64,000 nt of DNA from positions 62,001 to 126,000 of the forward strand of contig JAPEUI010000042.1 of NCBI GenBank assembly GCA_026025075.1. The letters run 5' to 3'. A model generated the notes under the pieces. That model had not been told where the DNA came from. It saw nothing but the letters and a program-made list of their open reading frames with translations, and made no database searches. The stretch is from Vezdaea acicularis (Eukaryota). The position numbers and the translations under genes were made by a program. Below, piece by piece: positions 63,501 through 64,000 of this stretch (its first letter is position 1; the number at the start of each line of letters is the position of its first letter).

Positions 63501-64000
63501 CCTCCTTGATCCGTATCCTATGGTATGCGTCTCGGAGGTCCAGTTTGGTGAATATCGTCGCCCCCGACAATCGGTCCAGGGTTTCGCTGATAAGGGGTAA
63601 GGGGTGTTGGTTTTTTACCGTCATCTTGTTCAACCTCCTGTAGTCGACGCAGAGCCGCAGGCTACCGTCCTTCTTTGAGACAAAGAGTATTGGAGCTCCA
63701 GCAGGGCTAGTGGATCTCCTAATCCACCCCTTTGCCTCTGCGTCCTGGAGGTAATCCCGTAGGACTTCTAGTTTCCTCTCGGAGAGGTTGTAGACGGGCA
63801 TCCATGGTGGATCCCTCTGCGTTACGATGGCGTGTTTTTGGGCGTGGTGGAGGGGCAGCTCACCAGCCGCCCGCTCAGAGAAGACGTCTTCGTATTCTTC
63901 ATACTCTTTGGGGACTCCTTCCCCTGCTTTCACGTTTCTCAGGCGCGCCCCCTGGGGGTTTGTCCATTCCCTCTGAAAGACAGCGTACGCTCGATCTCCT
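60530..64000 (-). pseudogene. pol: pol polyprotein (RT, RNase H, integrase, chromodomain), inactivated
   Basis: RT LRLCVDYR, KLDLRDAY and YMDN (catalytic YxDD mutated). RNase H ETDASG followed by a TAG stop at 62851-62853. Integrase HHCC and GQTERQN with a 1-nt frameshift near 61187, GPF motif, and chromodomain YLVRWEGYPPAEDTWEP. Confidence 0.95.

Larger units (their letters stand above)
57546..64000 (-). mobile_element. Ty3/Gypsy chromovirus LTR retrotransposon, 3' half (continues beyond the window)
   Basis: RT-RNaseH-integrase-chromodomain order on the minus strand. A polypurine tract GGGGGGAGGCAGT (57936-57924) abuts the 3' LTR TGTAAGAAC...GTCCTTACA (57923-57546). Confidence 0.95.

Overview
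Filamentous ascomycete (Pezizomycotina-type) genomic DNA with short GT-AG introns. From 1 to 46 kb it is a core region: PP2A B55/CDC55, a hypothetical protein, Grx4, a secreted subtilisin, Rad17, a secreted Cys/Pro-rich orphan, SltA/Ace1, a secreted lysozyme/GH19-like protein, a questin-oxidase/HypA-like protein, HECT_2/Ipa1, ATP4, NOC4, a Sel1-repeat protein, a bZIP factor, a CCCH protein, TFG2 and CSN4. The 440-nt HECT_2/Ipa1 intron appears to host an snR81-like H/ACA guide RNA for U2 snRNA. From 47 kb the window is accessory. It holds a head-to-head pair (ankyrin protein with near-identical 99-bp hypervariable repeats plus a multipass membrane protein), a TA-flanked MITE, a nest of solo LTRs with TSDs, and the 3' half of a mutated Ty3/Gypsy chromovirus. 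The most novel item is inside the chromovirus. Between pol and the 3' LTR lies an antisense, two-intron gene that reconstructs to a 441-aa protein with a Zn2Cys6-like cluster once a nested solo LTR and one TSD copy are removed. All calls are by eye; no database searches were run.
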